Shown: one piece after another, positions 39,501 to 53,874 of the stretch
Layout: the number at the start of each line of letters is the position of its first letter
Numbering within the stretch: the stretch's first letter is position 1
Assembly: GCF_009914755.1 (NCBI RefSeq)
Contig: NC_060926.1
DNA from: the human T2T-CHM13v2.0 reference genome, Homo sapiens
Reading direction: 5' to 3' (one strand)
DNA: 64,000 bases
The notes under the pieces: generated by a model
The model's input: only the letters and a program-made list of their open reading frames with translations
Databases searched by the model: none
Told to the model about the DNA's origin: nothing
Position numbers and translations under genes: made by a program

Positions 39501-41961
39501 AAACTTCAAATGTAATTATTCATTGTTTAAAAAATCTGTATTACTGATATAATTCTGATATTGCACAAAAACACCTCATTAAACAAAAATGAATTTTTTT
39601 AAACTCATCATTCCTCAAACTCTATTTAGTGGAAGAGATTTCATCTCTTCAGATAAAACTCCAGATAAAAATTAGGCAGTTTATGACTTCTCTGCTCTTA
39701 CTATGTAACAAAAAGCCCTAAAGTCTCAATTTACAAATAAGAATGTTGCAACTCATGTAGTAATCAAAACTTGAAGATTGACAAATCATCCTCCCCTCTC
39801 AGCTTGAGCCTACTTTAGACCAGAATCTCTAGGGAAAAGGAATGTTAGCATGGCTGCCTCCCTCCCAACCCCAAGTCTCACCAATAACAGATATATCAAC
39901 TGGGTTTATCAAAGCCATTGGATGTACCTTATCAAAGAGTATGTGGTCATGCAGTGTCAGAGTTCACTTGATGGTAGCAGTATCTTCATAGTCTCTGATA
40001 TTCTGAGATAAAGTGATAAACTGATCATGTTTTTATTTACTAAATATTCAAATTTAACGCTTGACCAAAAGAAATCATTAAAAATTAAAGGTGGCATGTG
40101 TTTCCTTCAGTGCCTTCCGTTATTTCAAAGGTGAAGAATTTGAGGTTAAATATATGCAGTGATACGCCCAATATTATGTAGCTGTTAAATAGTCTGATTT
40201 CTTTAGCAGTAAAGCAAAAGACCTGGCTACTTCTCTATCTATCTAGTAACAGCCAAGTCAACAAGATGAAGCCATCTCTTATTAAAACACAATTGGATTA
40301 CAAATATCAGTGTTGATATTAACTGAATAAAATTTAAATTTGATCAAATGTAGGAACATTCGATGGGGCTCTAGGCCATTTGTTTCATTTACCAATTATG
40401 CGTCACATGCAGTGTGGAGCTGACACAGTTGGGCCCAGTGAATAAGAGGGAAAGAATCAGGAGAGGTAAGTGATAGCCAGGCATGACTGGAAGGGCGTTG
40501 GCATTGTGCTCTGAGTGCAAAACAGAATCATTGGAAGCTTTTATTTTCAGCTTTTGTTGAAAAGTAACACAGAAAAGTGCCCAAATAACAAGTGCAGTAC
40601 TCAACAAAATATCCCAAATTAACACATTTCACCAGAACCTGGAAAGAAATCAATGGTTCCAGCACCCCAGTACCCACCTAGTATCACCTTTCACTCACTA
40701 CTTGCCCAATCCCCAGTGTCGGTAGATCTTTCTGCATGCCTTAGCCACATGAGCAACTTTCCTTTGACACCTATTTTGCTAAAAGTCCCTGTCAAAATTT
40801 TATGCTAATATTTAATAAGTATTTTTGTGGCATCATCAGAGATGTAGAATTTTTTAATTCGATATTTTATGAGGCTAGTAAAATACATTAATGTATTTTC
40901 AAATTTAAACTAAACTGGCATTCCAGGAATCAACCCGATTTTATTGTTACACATTTTTCATTTTATATATTATTTAGAATCATGCTTTAGTGTTTTTTAC
41001 TTATCTCCTCAACAGTAATATTGGATCACAATTTTATTTCTTTAATATTATCGTTAGATTTTGATGTCCAATTTATGTTAGCCTCATAATATATAAAAAG
41101 TGGCATTATTTCTACCTGTAATATTTGAGAGAAATAGCTAAGGAAGCCATATAGATCTGACATTTTCTTTTAGAAAAAAATAAGTTTGAATTCTATTTGT
41201 TTAATAGACATAGGACTTTTCAGATATATTTCATCTTGTTTTCTTTTTGTAAGATGGGTATTTCTAAAAATGTTTTTATTTCCTTTATGATATTAGGGGT
41301 TTTTTTTGTATATCTTCCGCTACTCCTTTTTAAATTAGTTTTACTTAATATTCATCTCTGTTATTAGTTATTTTTTAATAATCAATTTTGACTTCATTCA
41401 GGTGCATACACACACACCGTCAGTATATAGATCTATCTATCTATCATCTATCTGTCTATAATATATTCATTATATCTTTTTGTAGCATCATGAAATGGAT
41501 ACTTATAATTCTTTCTGACTCCATCTTTGAGGCAATACATTTTTCCTCAAAATGGAATTAGCGCGTAATTCCTTTTTCTGACCCATGGATTTTAGAAGTA
41601 TTTGTATGAATTTTCAATTTTGTGTGATATTCTGTTTAACTATTTATCTTAAATTTCTAACTACCTAAATTCCTCTGTGTTCCAGTAACAGACAGTATAA
41701 CATCAGTACATTGGAAGTCATTGAGTTGTGCTTAAAATTCAGACAATTTTTCCATGGCTGATTGGCATGTACCTTAAATGAAGTCTAGTGATAGATGTTG
41801 GGTCCTGTCCATTTTTGTTGTTGTATCAATTACTGAGATTATTAATATTTTCTACTCTGATTAGTTGTCTGTTTTTAGTTCTTCCCACTATTCTTTATAT
41901 GCTTAGAATGTATGTTATTACAAATTTAGAACTTTAAAAAACCTTCTTCATGAGTTAAACC

Positions 41962-42265
41962 TTTTTTTTTTTCTTTGAGATAGCATCTTGCTCTGTCATC
42001 CAGGCTGGAATGCAGTGGCACAATCACAGTTCATTGCGGCCTCAATCTCCCAGGCTCAAGCAACCCTCCCACCTCAGTGCCCCCAGTAGCTGAAATTACA
42101 AGCATATAATTTCAGTCACCACGCCCAGCTAATTTTTGTGTTTTTGATAGAGACAGGGTTTTGCCATGTTGCCCAGACTGTTCTAGAATTCCTGGACTCA
42201 AGTGATTTTCCTGCCTCTACCTCCCAAAGTGCTGGGATTATAGGCATGAGCCACCATGCCTGGCC
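41962..42265 (-). mobile_element. AluJ
   Basis: Full-length antisense Alu with J diagnostics (tcacagttcattgcggcctcaatctcccaggctcaagc). Short TSD aaccttt. Confidence 0.93.
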
Positions 42266-42535
42266 CCCTAACCTTTTATAAATATGAAATATTCCTTTTT
42301 ATTCCTAGCAATATTTTGCCTTAAAACTCTAATTTATCTGATACTATTATAACTACTCTAGCTTTTTTTTTAGTTGTCATCATTTTTCAATCTTTTTTTC
42401 TGTCAATCATTTAAAATAAATCTTGTATTTTGTTTGGACCATTAGGTATATTTACATTTAATTAAATTATTACTAATAAAAATGAATTTAAGTATACTAT
42501 ATTACTATTCACTTTTTAACATTTCTCATACATAT

Positions 42536-42907
42536 TGTATTAGTCTTTTCTCATACTGCTAATAAAGACATACCAGAGACAGGGTAATTTCTAAAGGAAA
42601 GAGGTTTAATGGACTCACAGTTCCACATGGCTGGGGAGGACTCACAATCATGGTTGAAGGCAAAAAAGGAGCAAAGTCACATCTTGCATGGCGGCAGAGA
42701 AGCAAGAAAAAATGAGAACCAAGCAAAAGGAGAAATCCCTTATAAAATCATAAGATTTCATGAGACTTACTCACCACCATGAGAACAGTATGTGGGAAAC
42801 CACCCCCATGACTTAATTATCTCCTACCGATTTTCTCTCACATGTGGGAATTATGACAACTACAATTCATGATGAGATTTGGGTGGGGACACAGTCAAAC
42901 CATATCA
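42536..42907 (-). mobile_element. THE1B/C MaLR solo LTR
   Basis: tgtattagtc...gagatttgggtggggacacagtcaaaccatatca. Exact 5-bp TSD catat (42531-35, 42908-12). Confidence 0.95.
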
Positions 42908-43679
42908 CATATGCTATGTTCCATTTTCTCTCTTTTGTTGTCGTAGTTTCTATTGATGTTTTATTATGCCATTTTTTTTTCTATTATCTTACTAGATATA
43001 TATTATTTTTAATGGCTAAAATGACAAATTGAATCTTCAAAATTTCAACAACTATTAGAAGTTCTGAATGTTTCCTCTTGAAGATCCTGTGAGCTCTTTA
43101 ACTCTGCTTACCATCTGACCTGTGACTTATATGATGCGCTAGTTACGGGCTTAAATTCTGAATATATTTTAAAATAACAAGTACTGGTATTATTGTTTTG
43201 TCATCACCATGCATTCAAATTAACTCATATATTTAGTCTTTTATGGCCTCTTATTTCTTCTAACACTAATTTTTGAGGAGGGCCATTTTTTTTCCTCCTG
43301 GAGAACAAAATGCACTAGTGTAAGTTTCCTATCATTATATTCGATTTTGTTCTGTAAATGTCATTGGTTAAATTTTTTTTAAGGCATTTTCTTTGGTTTT
43401 AAAATTCTTGGCTGGTAAGTATTTTCTTTCAAGCATTTGAATATACCAATTCATTGACTTTTGGCTACTTTTTCTGTACCTGCCTGTCATGTTCTTTTTA
43501 TTTTTCTTTCTCTGGATGCTTTTAAGATTTTCTCTTTGTTTTGCAACTTTGCAGAAGTTTTACTGTAATGTGACTAGGTGTGGTTTTCTTAGTAGTTTTT
43601 CTGCTTAAGATTTTTAATTCTTATAAATTTTAAATGTACACTAAGAATATGGCCCAGTATGTAAAAATGTATGAGCTAT

Positions 43680-44175
43680 ATAAAATCTGTACTCAAATGG
43701 TCATAGAACTTTACTCATAATATCCAGAAAATTTAAAACTACCCAAATGTCCAACAACTTGTGAATAGATAAATGTATTAAAGCCTATCCATACAATGGG
43801 ATACTACTCAGCAATGAAAAAGTTACAAACTGATGATACACTAGCAACATTTTTAAAGTTTTCCAAAAATTATAATAAATGAAAGAAGACTGAAATGAAA
43901 GAATGAAGGCTGCATAAGTTCATTTAGAAACAGAATTTTTGAAAAGGCAAAATTATAGTGATAGAAAATAGATCGGAAGTTTCAAGAAGATTAAACTGGG
44001 GTATCGAATATATTGTAAAAAAGACAGGAGTAAAATTATGAGGGTTGGTAGAAATATTCTTTATCGTGATTGTTGTGGTGGTTGCACACTGTATAAAATT
44101 CCCTAAATTCATTAAATTGTAAATTGATTAATTTTAGTGTATGTAAATTATACCCCAATAAAACAAATTAAAAAG
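43680..44175 (+). mobile_element. L1ME/MD 3' end
   Basis: cccaaatgtccaaca...atccatacaatgggatactactcagcaatgaaaa...gtatgtaaattataccccaataaa. Confidence 0.8.
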
Positions 44176-46120
44176 TGCTTGCAATAAACAAATTAGATAA
44201 CTCATATGAACTGTATACATATTCTCATTTTATATTACCACTTTGCCACATAAGTGCATAGCCTTTAAATATTTTTTGTTAAATAAATAAATCAATATAT
44301 CGACTAATAACTAAAAACTTGGACTAGGTCCCATGACTATTATTTCAACTCAGTATCATATTAAAGACTTATTTTACTTCATTTATTTTGTCTGAAGAAG
44401 TTTGAGTTAATTATGTTTATTAAATATGCCATATATTTTTCCATCTCTGTATATGCTTAAGTAATTTCTTTCTGATGGAATTATTTAATTTTCTCTCACA
44501 CTGAGAAAACCACTGATCGCTTTTTTAAAAGTCAATCTTGCCTCAGTTTCAAGTCTATCAAATGCAACCTACTCTGTAAAGGTATGGAAAAGTCCTCACT
44601 CCTAGAAATAAAAACTCCAAATTCTAAACAGAATGTATTATAACTTATTTTTTTAATATCTCATAAAAGCTTTGAAGTGAGGAGGGCATTTCTTATAAAG
44701 ACCAGTGCAATGTCTTATAAATATGGATTTGTTCAATATTTTTCATGAATATGTTTATGTGGTCTATTTTCATGTTGATTTTTTGTTTTCTCAGTAATAT
44801 GGCATTGAAAGGAATTGCTCTGACACATTGATCTTATAAAAAAGTATTCAGTAATTCAAAGGAAGAAACCAGAAATGTTGGTTCACTTAAATTAAGGCTT
44901 ATTTTATCATCTGGACACCTCAAAGCTGAGATTGCTTGAGATATACGCAAGTGCTTAAAGATATCACCAAAATAAAATGTTGCTATTAAGAAGGTTAAAT
45001 GTACAGCCTGAGGAAATTTCAGAGAACTTGCCCTTCCTGTGATTATTTTTAGAAGATATTTAATCTGTATGATAACAAAACTGTCAGAGGAAGCCAGTTT
45101 TGATTAAAGTGAACAACACAAAATGCGGAAAGAATGAGCTTATTCTATTTCCTGCTGATATTATGAAAATACCTGCATCTGAAAAGGAAATATCTTTTAA
45201 TGCCATGGAATATGCCTTAAAAAAATAAAAATTATGCATTAGACTCTGTCATAGGAAAAAATGTGCTGGCTAGAGCCATGTGAAAGACAAAGAAAAGCTA
45301 ACTAGCCATGGAAGAATAAGACTGTAGAACAACGCAAACACTCATCAACTCCTCAAATCAATCCCATTCTTAATTTTAACAGACATGTATCATGGCATTT
45401 GTAAAACTAGGATGACACAGCATTTTGTGTCAATGACTATATAATTTTTCAACATGTTTTCAGAAATAGAAATATTAAATTTAAGAAAAATGTATTTTCT
45501 GGGTGTCAGTAAAGTGGAGACACTGTGAAACTTTGTGTTACATATTTAGATAACCAAAATATGGAGATAGCAACATATCAAATGGAAGATTGGAAGAGTA
45601 CACATGGAAGAATGTAGAGTCAGGATGAAACATTTGTGCCAGGCAGCATGCGTGTATCAAAAAATAATGCTCAGAAGGCAATTGCAATTGCTGTATCAAT
45701 AACATCTCCAGTAAGCAAAAATGTTTATGAGAGTAAAACCACCTAAAATTTTCCCAACAGTGAAATATTAAATATAATGCTCACCACTTAATGCAATAAA
45801 CATTTATGGAGTAATTAAATAAATAATGCTTAGGTATCTCCTGTCTCATCATTCAAATATAGTTCAGAGATTTGGAAAATAATAACAAAAAGGTAGGATA
45901 CAAGTTTATGCTTATGTCATCACTAGCAATATATAACCAGAATTTTAACACGGTTTTTATATGGGTAGTAGATTTTATTGTAAATAATATTTTTGTTTCT
46001 TATAATTCTTTCTATTCTCCAAGCCTTCTATAATATATATGGATCACTTTAAAAATTACTATATGTTACTTTTAAAAGCTTTATTTCAAATGGACTAAGT
46101 TTTATGAAATATCTAAAAAG

Positions 46121-46420
46121 TCCAGGGACAGTACCTGTAATCTCAGCACTTTGGGAGGCTGAGGTGGATGGATGGCTTGAGCCCAGTTCGAGAACAGCCT
46201 GAAAAAATTTTTTTTATATATTTCTCTACAAAAAGATATAGAAATCAGTGTGGTGTGGTGGTGCATGCCTATAGTCCTAGGAACTTGGTGGGCTGAGGCA
46301 AGAGGATCACTTGAGCCTGGGAGGCAAAGGTTGCAGTGAGGTGTGATAGCACTACTGCACTCCAGCCTGGGTGTCAGAGCAAGACTACATCTCAAAAAAA
46401 TTCAAAAACTAATTAAAAAA
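46121..46420 (+). mobile_element. AluJ
   Basis: Dimeric Alu with an A-rich tail. TSD aaatatctaaaaag (46107-20) / aaatatctgaaaag (46422-35). Confidence 0.92.
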
Positions 46421-47272
46421 TAAATATCTGAAAAGGTACTTATAAAAAATGTAATTTAATAATAAAGTCTATAAAAAGAACTTAGAAGGTGGGAAACTTG
46501 TACACTGAAAACTGTAAACAATGATGAAAGAAATAAAAAAAAGGCCCACATAAATAGTCATCTCATGTTCAAGGTTTGAAAGACTTAATATTGCTAAAAT
46601 ATTTATACTATCAAAAGTGATCTACAATTTCAATGCAATCCCTATCAAAATCCCAATGGTATTTTTCCGGAAATAGAAAAAAGTACTAAAATTTACATTA
46701 AATCACAAAAGACCTCAAATAGCTGAAACAAAATTAAGAAAGAAAAACAAAACTTTCTAATTTTAAAATATATCACAAGGCTACAATAATTAAAATGGCA
46801 TGGTACTGATATAAAGACAGACATATAGACCAATGAAACAGAATAGAGAACCCAAAAATAAATCAGCGCATATATCATCAATTGATCTTTGGCAAGGGAT
46901 CCAGGAATACACAATGGGGAAAGGATAGTCTCTTCAAGAAATGGTGTTGGGAAAATGATATCCACACACAGAATAATTAAATTTGACTTTATCTTACACT
47001 ATACATAAAAATCAACTCAATGTGGATTAATGACTTAAATATAAGACCTGAAATGTATGACTCCTAAAAGGGAACATAGGGAAAGAGTTTATGATATGGT
47101 GTTGAATTTTATGGCTATGATACCATAGGCCCAAACAACACAAGTAAAAATAGACAAATAGAACTACATTAAACTAAAATGTTTTTGCACAGCAAAGAAA
47201 ACAATCAACAGACTGAAAAAAGCAACCTATGAAATTTCAAAAAATACTTGCCTTAAAAACTAATAGATTTCT

Positions 47273-47621
<349 letters not shown>

Positions 47622-47625
47622 TTAT

Positions 47626-47726
47626 TCTTTATAGACAAGCAAATGCTGAGAGATTTTGTCACCACCAGGCCTGCCTTACAAGAGCTCCCAGAGGAAGCAC
47701 TAAATATGGAAAAGAAAAACCGGTAA
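47626..47726 (+). mobile_element. L1PA ORF1 C-terminal fragment inserted without a poly(A) tail
   Basis: Translates FIDKQMLRDFVTTRPALQELPEEALNMEKKNR (ORF1p C-terminus). Exact 17-bp flanking duplication aacctagtagatattat. Confidence 0.92.
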
Positions 47727-48959
47727 AACCTAGTAGATATTATGTTAAGAAAAAAAGCCAGTCATGGAAGAACAAATACTGCATGATATCCCTTTTCTGA
47801 GGTATTAAAACTAGTTAAATTAATATAATCAAAAAGGGGAATGGTGGTCACAAGAGCCAAGGGGAGTGGGGAGTGGGGAGTTGCTAAGTCAAGGGGATAA
47901 AATAATCATTGTGCAAGAAAAATAACTTTTAGAGATCTGCTATACAATATTGTTCCCATAGTTTAAAATACTGTATTGTACAATTAAAAATTTATAAAGA
48001 GGGTAGATCTCATGCTAAGTGTTCTTACCACACTAAAACACAAGTTTAAAATAGATACAGTTTTAGCCTTATTAAGTAATAATAGTTAACACATGAAGAA
48101 TATCAGACCCATGGGCAACTTGATCAGGCAGGGGCTCTGTGTGTGTGCTAGATTATGTCTGGAATGCAACTGAGTGTCCCTAGACTTGGTAGCATCCTGT
48201 GATTCCAACATGTCAATTTTTCAGGGATGGTAAGATATAGTACTGGATTTATTTTGAACTTTGGGGAAAGATGTAGATTAGGACAATAAATGTTCAGAAA
48301 CCATGGAACAACCCAATATAGTACAGACTGGTAGGATCTCAAGGCAGAAAGTAGAACTAGAAGTTATTTAAACAAATTTCAGACCATAGGAAACTGAAGC
48401 ACATTAACTTGTTGAACTAGCATCCCAGAAAATATAATAGCTTGGAGATCATTCTGGAAGGGTTGTGACTTACGTGATGTTTCATTTATATCTTAATATT
48501 TATTAAGATTTAGGAAGCTAACATTAAAGCTTATTTACCTGTATCTAGTTGTAAATATTTATCAAATGAGAAAAATACTATCAATAGAACTTAATTTGGA
48601 TTGCCAGTGGAGTAACTTCATGTGTTCTGTCTGATCGGAAACACATTATTGGACAGGAAATCATTGTATCCTCTCCTTTCTTTTATTGACTCATGCTAGC
48701 ATTTAAGATTATTTTATTGTGAATAACTATTTTTTTGTTGAATGAGATTATGTAAACCTCTTCCTTCAGCTACTCTCAGACTTGCATCATTTCAAATCCA
48801 TTGTATTAACTCCTAGCTCATCAACTTTCATTGCTACTGCAAACCTTGCAAAACTTGGGCTCAAGCCATTCTAGTTGAAAGAAATTCCTATTGTTATAAT
48901 TCCTTTATATGAAGGTCAAGGGGAATTTGTACCTCTCAGATGTTGCTGTATGTTGAGGC

Positions 48960-49190
48960 CTTGTGTGGAAGGCATGGCTTTTTCAATTCATACGTTCCTG
49001 AATTCAAATCATAAACACATGAACCACTAGCTCTATGTTTTTGGGAAAATTACCTAGCCTTTTGAAATCTAAGTTTTCGTATTCCTCAAATGAAGAGACT
49101 AACAGTGACTTTATGTTTATCTTAGGAATTATGTGATATAGCAGAATAAATTTTATGGGAGAGTACCTGTAGTAGATTCATGAATACTCC
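48960..49190 (+). mobile_element. MIR
   Basis: cctgaattcaaatc...cactagctctatg..ttgggaaaattaccta...ctcaaatgaaga. Confidence 0.65.
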
Positions 49191-49911
49191 TTTTTTTCTT
49201 TCCCTTTTTAAAAACGAAACAATCATTCCGGGTACACGTTGGTGGAAGCCGTACATGCAGAATGTTCTGCTGTATTTGTTTTCTCAAAAAAAGCTGGAAG
49301 AATTCCTGCAATCCTATATAAGAGAAACCACATCTGCCATGGGAGAGACTTATCTGCCAGGATATCACATTCATCCTCCTTAGCAGAATAATGATCAAAA
49401 CTATATCGTCAGGATACTTCTCTGACAACTGGCTCTAACTAGGACAAACTGATGTGATTGTCAGAATTTAAATCACAGCAGATCAGGCTGAGTCAGGTTC
49501 AGTCAGAGATTTCCATGTCCATTGGTGCCCTCAAATCTGAAGCCTCTATCACAAATTTAGAGTCATAAATGCAATTAGGGAAATAAAAATATCTTTATTT
49601 GGGCTAAAAATTGCTAACAATATAAGTCTCAGCTGTAATTCTTATTCTTCTAGAACAAATACTGTTTAAAGAATGAATCTGATAAACGTCCTAAGGAAAT
49701 GTCCCTTGTTCACAGGTAGGGCAGTATCATCTTTTTCTTCCTGTACAAGGACCTATGGATGTTCTGCCAATTGATATGACATTTGTAAACTTAAGAAATT
49801 ATATCTACAAAGCTGCAATTATCAAAAGTTAGCTATACTAGTTAGTGCACTAGTAATATTCATACAATAATTCGTTATGTTTTACTGGGATACCCTCTTC
49901 CTATATGTTAA

Positions 49912-50086
49912 TAGGGCCAGCTTCTTAGCATGGGACCTCTGCAGCCACACAGGTTCCCAAGATTAGAAGGGCCCCATATTTCACTTAACACTCTATTACT
50001 GCCATCATAAATTTTAAATAATTTTTGAAAAAAAAGATCCTGCATATTTATTTTCTACTAATGCCACAAATTAGGCAGCAGTCTTG
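49912..50086 (+). mobile_element. MER45A (hAT-Tip100 MITE)
   Basis: agggccagcttc...gacctctgcagccacacagg...agaagggcccc...aataatttttgaa...cacaaattaggcagcagtcttg. Confidence 0.8.
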
Positions 50087-50684
50087 GTTGGAACGTAAGA
50101 TATCTCCATATTCTGTTATACCATTGCTATTTGACCAAATTGTCCTCACTTTTTGGAAATATTCTCTTTTGTTTCTTCTTGGATTTGTATTGTTTGTCAA
50201 ATAATGTCCATCTGAGTTATTTGACTCCTCACTGCTTACCTCACCTTTCCAGCATGAGAAACCATTCTTATTTTCTCTCATAATTTATGTTTATTCAAGT
50301 ACATTCCTATTACAACATTGACTGCAAATTTTTGTTAATTTTCAAATCTATCTTGCTATACTAATACAATTTTTGAATCTTTTCTGTCAGCAGCACCTTA
50401 TAATGTATCGAAGAAACATGTAAATACTTGAAAACTTGTGAAAATAATAGATCTTATCAAAGAAGATGATCACATAAGCAACTTCTCATTGCCTAATTTT
50501 ATCTTAAAGACAAGGCACCTAGTTCTACAGGTATTATAATGTCCAAATCCCTTTATCAACCATGTCTTTCTTCAACCTTTCTTCAACTCTAAAGGTTGTA
50601 GATAATGCCCAAAAGCAAGACTTTCCAGTAGCTGTATAAGTTGATGAACCTCTAATAAGTTGAAAGACTGCACCATAGCTTCCA

Positions 50685-50811
50685 AATTCACAATATGTCA
50701 ATCCAAATTGTGACAACTTCGAGAATGAAAGCTATGCTATTAATAATTATGCCAGGACAATCAACGTCATATGGCCATATCCTCAGACAACAAGGATGTA
50801 TAGTTATCCTA
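50685..50811 (+). mobile_element. MER94-like (hAT-Blackjack MITE)
   Basis: tccaaattgtgaca...gagaatgaaag..gctattaataattatgccaggacaa...ggatgtatagttatccta. Confidence 0.65.
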
Positions 50812-52069
50812 ACTGTAGGGTGTGCAGGTCTCCGATAACACCCTTCAGTTTTTGCATTTCTTTCTTTTTATTTAATATGTTATAACTAAAATCATTCATT
50901 ACTTATTAGTCAAGGTAATTGCCATGTATTTAACATCCTGATTAATTATCACCACGAACCTCATTTAAACAACTCATCTTTGGGCTTTTGACAATAGCAT
51001 CTATGTAAACAACTTGAGAAGAACAGGCTTTCCCTTCTCTATTAGATAGTCCAGTGGAAATTCTCTTCCCTTACAAAATTTAGAAACTTGATGGTGCACT
51101 TGAATTCAGCAGTATGGCTAAATGTCAGACTTTATCTAAAATCAGGTTACATCTGAGAGTTTCATGTATTTACCGAATGCTATGGACATTTTCTTGTTTA
51201 TTTATCAACTGTAGCATAATTCCTTACATCGTTTTCCAGCAGGCAAATTTCATTCCACAACATCCGTTAGAGGCCATGAACCTAGAATGCTCTTGTGACC
51301 ATGAAACAGTTTCTAGCTACATTTCCAGATAATTAATTTTCTCATACATTGTGTTACAGTTCTTAATTCTGTGACTATTTCTGCTATATATTTATTTACA
51401 CATCCACAGAAAGAAAAGCATTCAGTTATTCTGATGTAAGTGTCATCTTTAGTGTAGACACAGAGCCAAGGTGCAAAAAAATACTACGAGTATTGGGTTA
51501 TGGCATGAGATATACTGTGCATAGTAATACAGTGTGGCAGAAGTATAAAGGAGTTTGTCTATGAGATTGACAAACACTTGTAATTAGCCCAGATGAAAGT
51601 GTGCCTCTAAGGAGCCAAAGGCATTCAAGAATGGGATTATGGCCAAAGGCAGTGAAATCTAGCAACATGCATTTGTTAGACTCAAATATAAAGAGCTCTT
51701 TCTAACTAAGCCAATTAGTAACAAAGCAATTGAGAAAAATAAATAAATTCAGTCCCACAGGAGCATAATGTAACTAAACAACAATCTTTACCCAAAACTA
51801 CATACATTGAGCAGATTAAGTACCAGATACACAGATTTCTTTGCCTTTCTTGTGAATATATATTCTTTAATTGTTTAATCCTTCAGTGATGGAAGCTACA
51901 GTGTCGGCAAGGGTATTAAGTGCTATCTTCTTCAACAGGTGTAGTAATTTACCCAAAGTCATTTGTTCATTTACTGATAGAACCAAGGAGACTCTATACT
52001 CTCTTTAAAATGCTTCACTTAATGTTTAAAAATGTATAAACTAGGTTACATTGTTTTACAAAATGATGC

Positions 52070-52440
52070 CCAGTCAGTGTCTTGTCACCTGGACACTGTT
52101 ACTACTCCTTTATACATTGCCCTCTTCGTTGTGGAGTGAAAACCAGGAGCTACATTTCCCAGAATCTCCTGCCGAATTTGAGTTTGCCAATGGGAAGACC
52201 TTAGAAAAGCTTTAAACATGCAAAGGGGGAAGGCCATTGTTCTCCAGAAATGGTTTCAATCACATATATTGGCAGCTGTGAAAGGTATACATGAGTAACA
52301 CAAAGGCTTAGTGAAGACTTGAGAATGTTTGATGAAGTCTTGTAGACTGAGACAGATGATGAGAGCTTTGTGAATATCCTTGATAATCATAAAAGATGTC
52401 TGGCTAATCTTCTGACAACCAGCTACCTGGATGTTTTAGT
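52070..52440 (+). mobile_element. LTR33/LTR16-like ERVL LTR remnant
   Basis: ctacatttcccagaatctcctgcc...tttgccaatggga motif. Confidence 0.5.
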
Positions 52441-52499
52441 ATGAGGTGGTAAATGATTTTTTACTTAGGTTTAAGATGCAACCTCTACCTGAGGCGTGA

Positions 52500-52700
52500 T
52501 CTTTCTATGGGAGAGGACAGAGCTCAAAATTACTGGTGCAAGCCTCCGCTAAGAACTGGTACACCTTCACTTCTGTCTATGTTTCATTGGCAAAGTCTGT
52601 CGCATGGCCCTGCATCAAGGAGCAGGAAGTACACTCTTTTCAACCATGTGAAGGAAGGCGGGGATTGAAAATGTGCTAATGATTCATGAAGTTTACCACA
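52500..52700 (-). mobile_element. MLT1 (J/K/L-like) LTR fragment
   Basis: agaactggtacaccttcacttctg...ttcattggcaaag...catggcc...caaggagcaggaagta. Confidence 0.55.
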
Positions 52701-53874
52701 CATGCTAACATGATAACATTTAACTACAATACTAATGCAGGTAAAAAAATGATATCTGAACACCTTTGATTCCATAAATAAATTATCCACTTGAGACTAT
52801 AAATGAATCAATTCTGGAACAAAATTCTAACTCCATCTATACCTGTATGTTTGTTATCAATGGCTTGTCAGTAAAATGGGAAAAATATCACCATGTAGTA
52901 GGTATAGGAAGATACTTACCACAATGCCTGGTATGATCTGGGCACTTTATAAATTCTCATTTCTGTCCTACTGTAAGACAGGTAAACCTGCTCTCATTTG
53001 ATTATTATTTTGTCTGAAATCCTTTAAAAAACATGTCTATGAACAAAAATTTAGAAAAAGCACGTCACATAATTGTATTTACATCACTATGAGATAGCTA
53101 TACATTTTCCTTTTAGAAACTCTCTCTTCTTTTCTTTCTCTTGATAGAGATTGAGTGACAGTTTTATAAATAAGGTGATATTAAATTATTAAATTCATTT
53201 GTAATTGCTTATTTACCTCAATATATAACAGAGAAATAGTTTATATTAATAAAAGACTCATCAGTCACTAATTTACTCTGTAACATAGCATTGCATGTAT
53301 ATACACTATTTTAATTAATAAATGTGTCACTGATGGCAATTAATTTGTTTCTTTTTTATTATAGTACAATGCTGTCATGAAGAGTCCTCATGAATATAAC
53401 ACATAGTCTTCTATATACATTTTCATGAACTTTTTTGTCAATTGTTTAATTGTTTTCTAAGGATGAATTATTGAAGAAAAGAATTGCTGCTTCAAATAGT
53501 TTACAAATTTTAACTTTGATCAATATTGTTATACTATTTTTCCAAAACTGTTAATGCCGACCTTTTCTTATAAAGGCAGCATGAAAAATTATGTTTCTCA
53601 ACATGCTCCTGTAACTTGTAATTTATCAAACTATTTATTTTTACTAGTTAGACAGTGAAATTTCCCATCTTTGATATCTAATGAGGTGAGCTTTTTTCAA
53701 ATATTTATGTATGACTTGTATTTCTAATTTTGAAACTTTCCCTCTTAAGAGCCAATCTTTCTTGATTTATAAGATTACCTGATGTAATAAAGTATCTAAA
53801 TTTACTTCATTATATTTGTTGCTATTATCTTGGTTTGAATTCTGTCTTTTAAATCTTTCCTATCAATTTTACCC

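Larger units (their letters stand above)
40545..43620 (-). mobile_element. Old L1ME-like antisense remnants hosting an AluJ and a THE1
   Basis: T-rich skew, with phrases such as ttatgttagcctcataa, atagacataggacttttcagat and ctggatgcttttaagattttctcttt. Boundaries are approximate. Confidence 0.6.

Noticed and set aside
52914-52985. Possible 51-nt minus-strand exon (tacag|...gtg|gtaagt)
   Set aside because: Weak pyrimidine tract, lies in MIR-like sequence, and has no coding resemblance.
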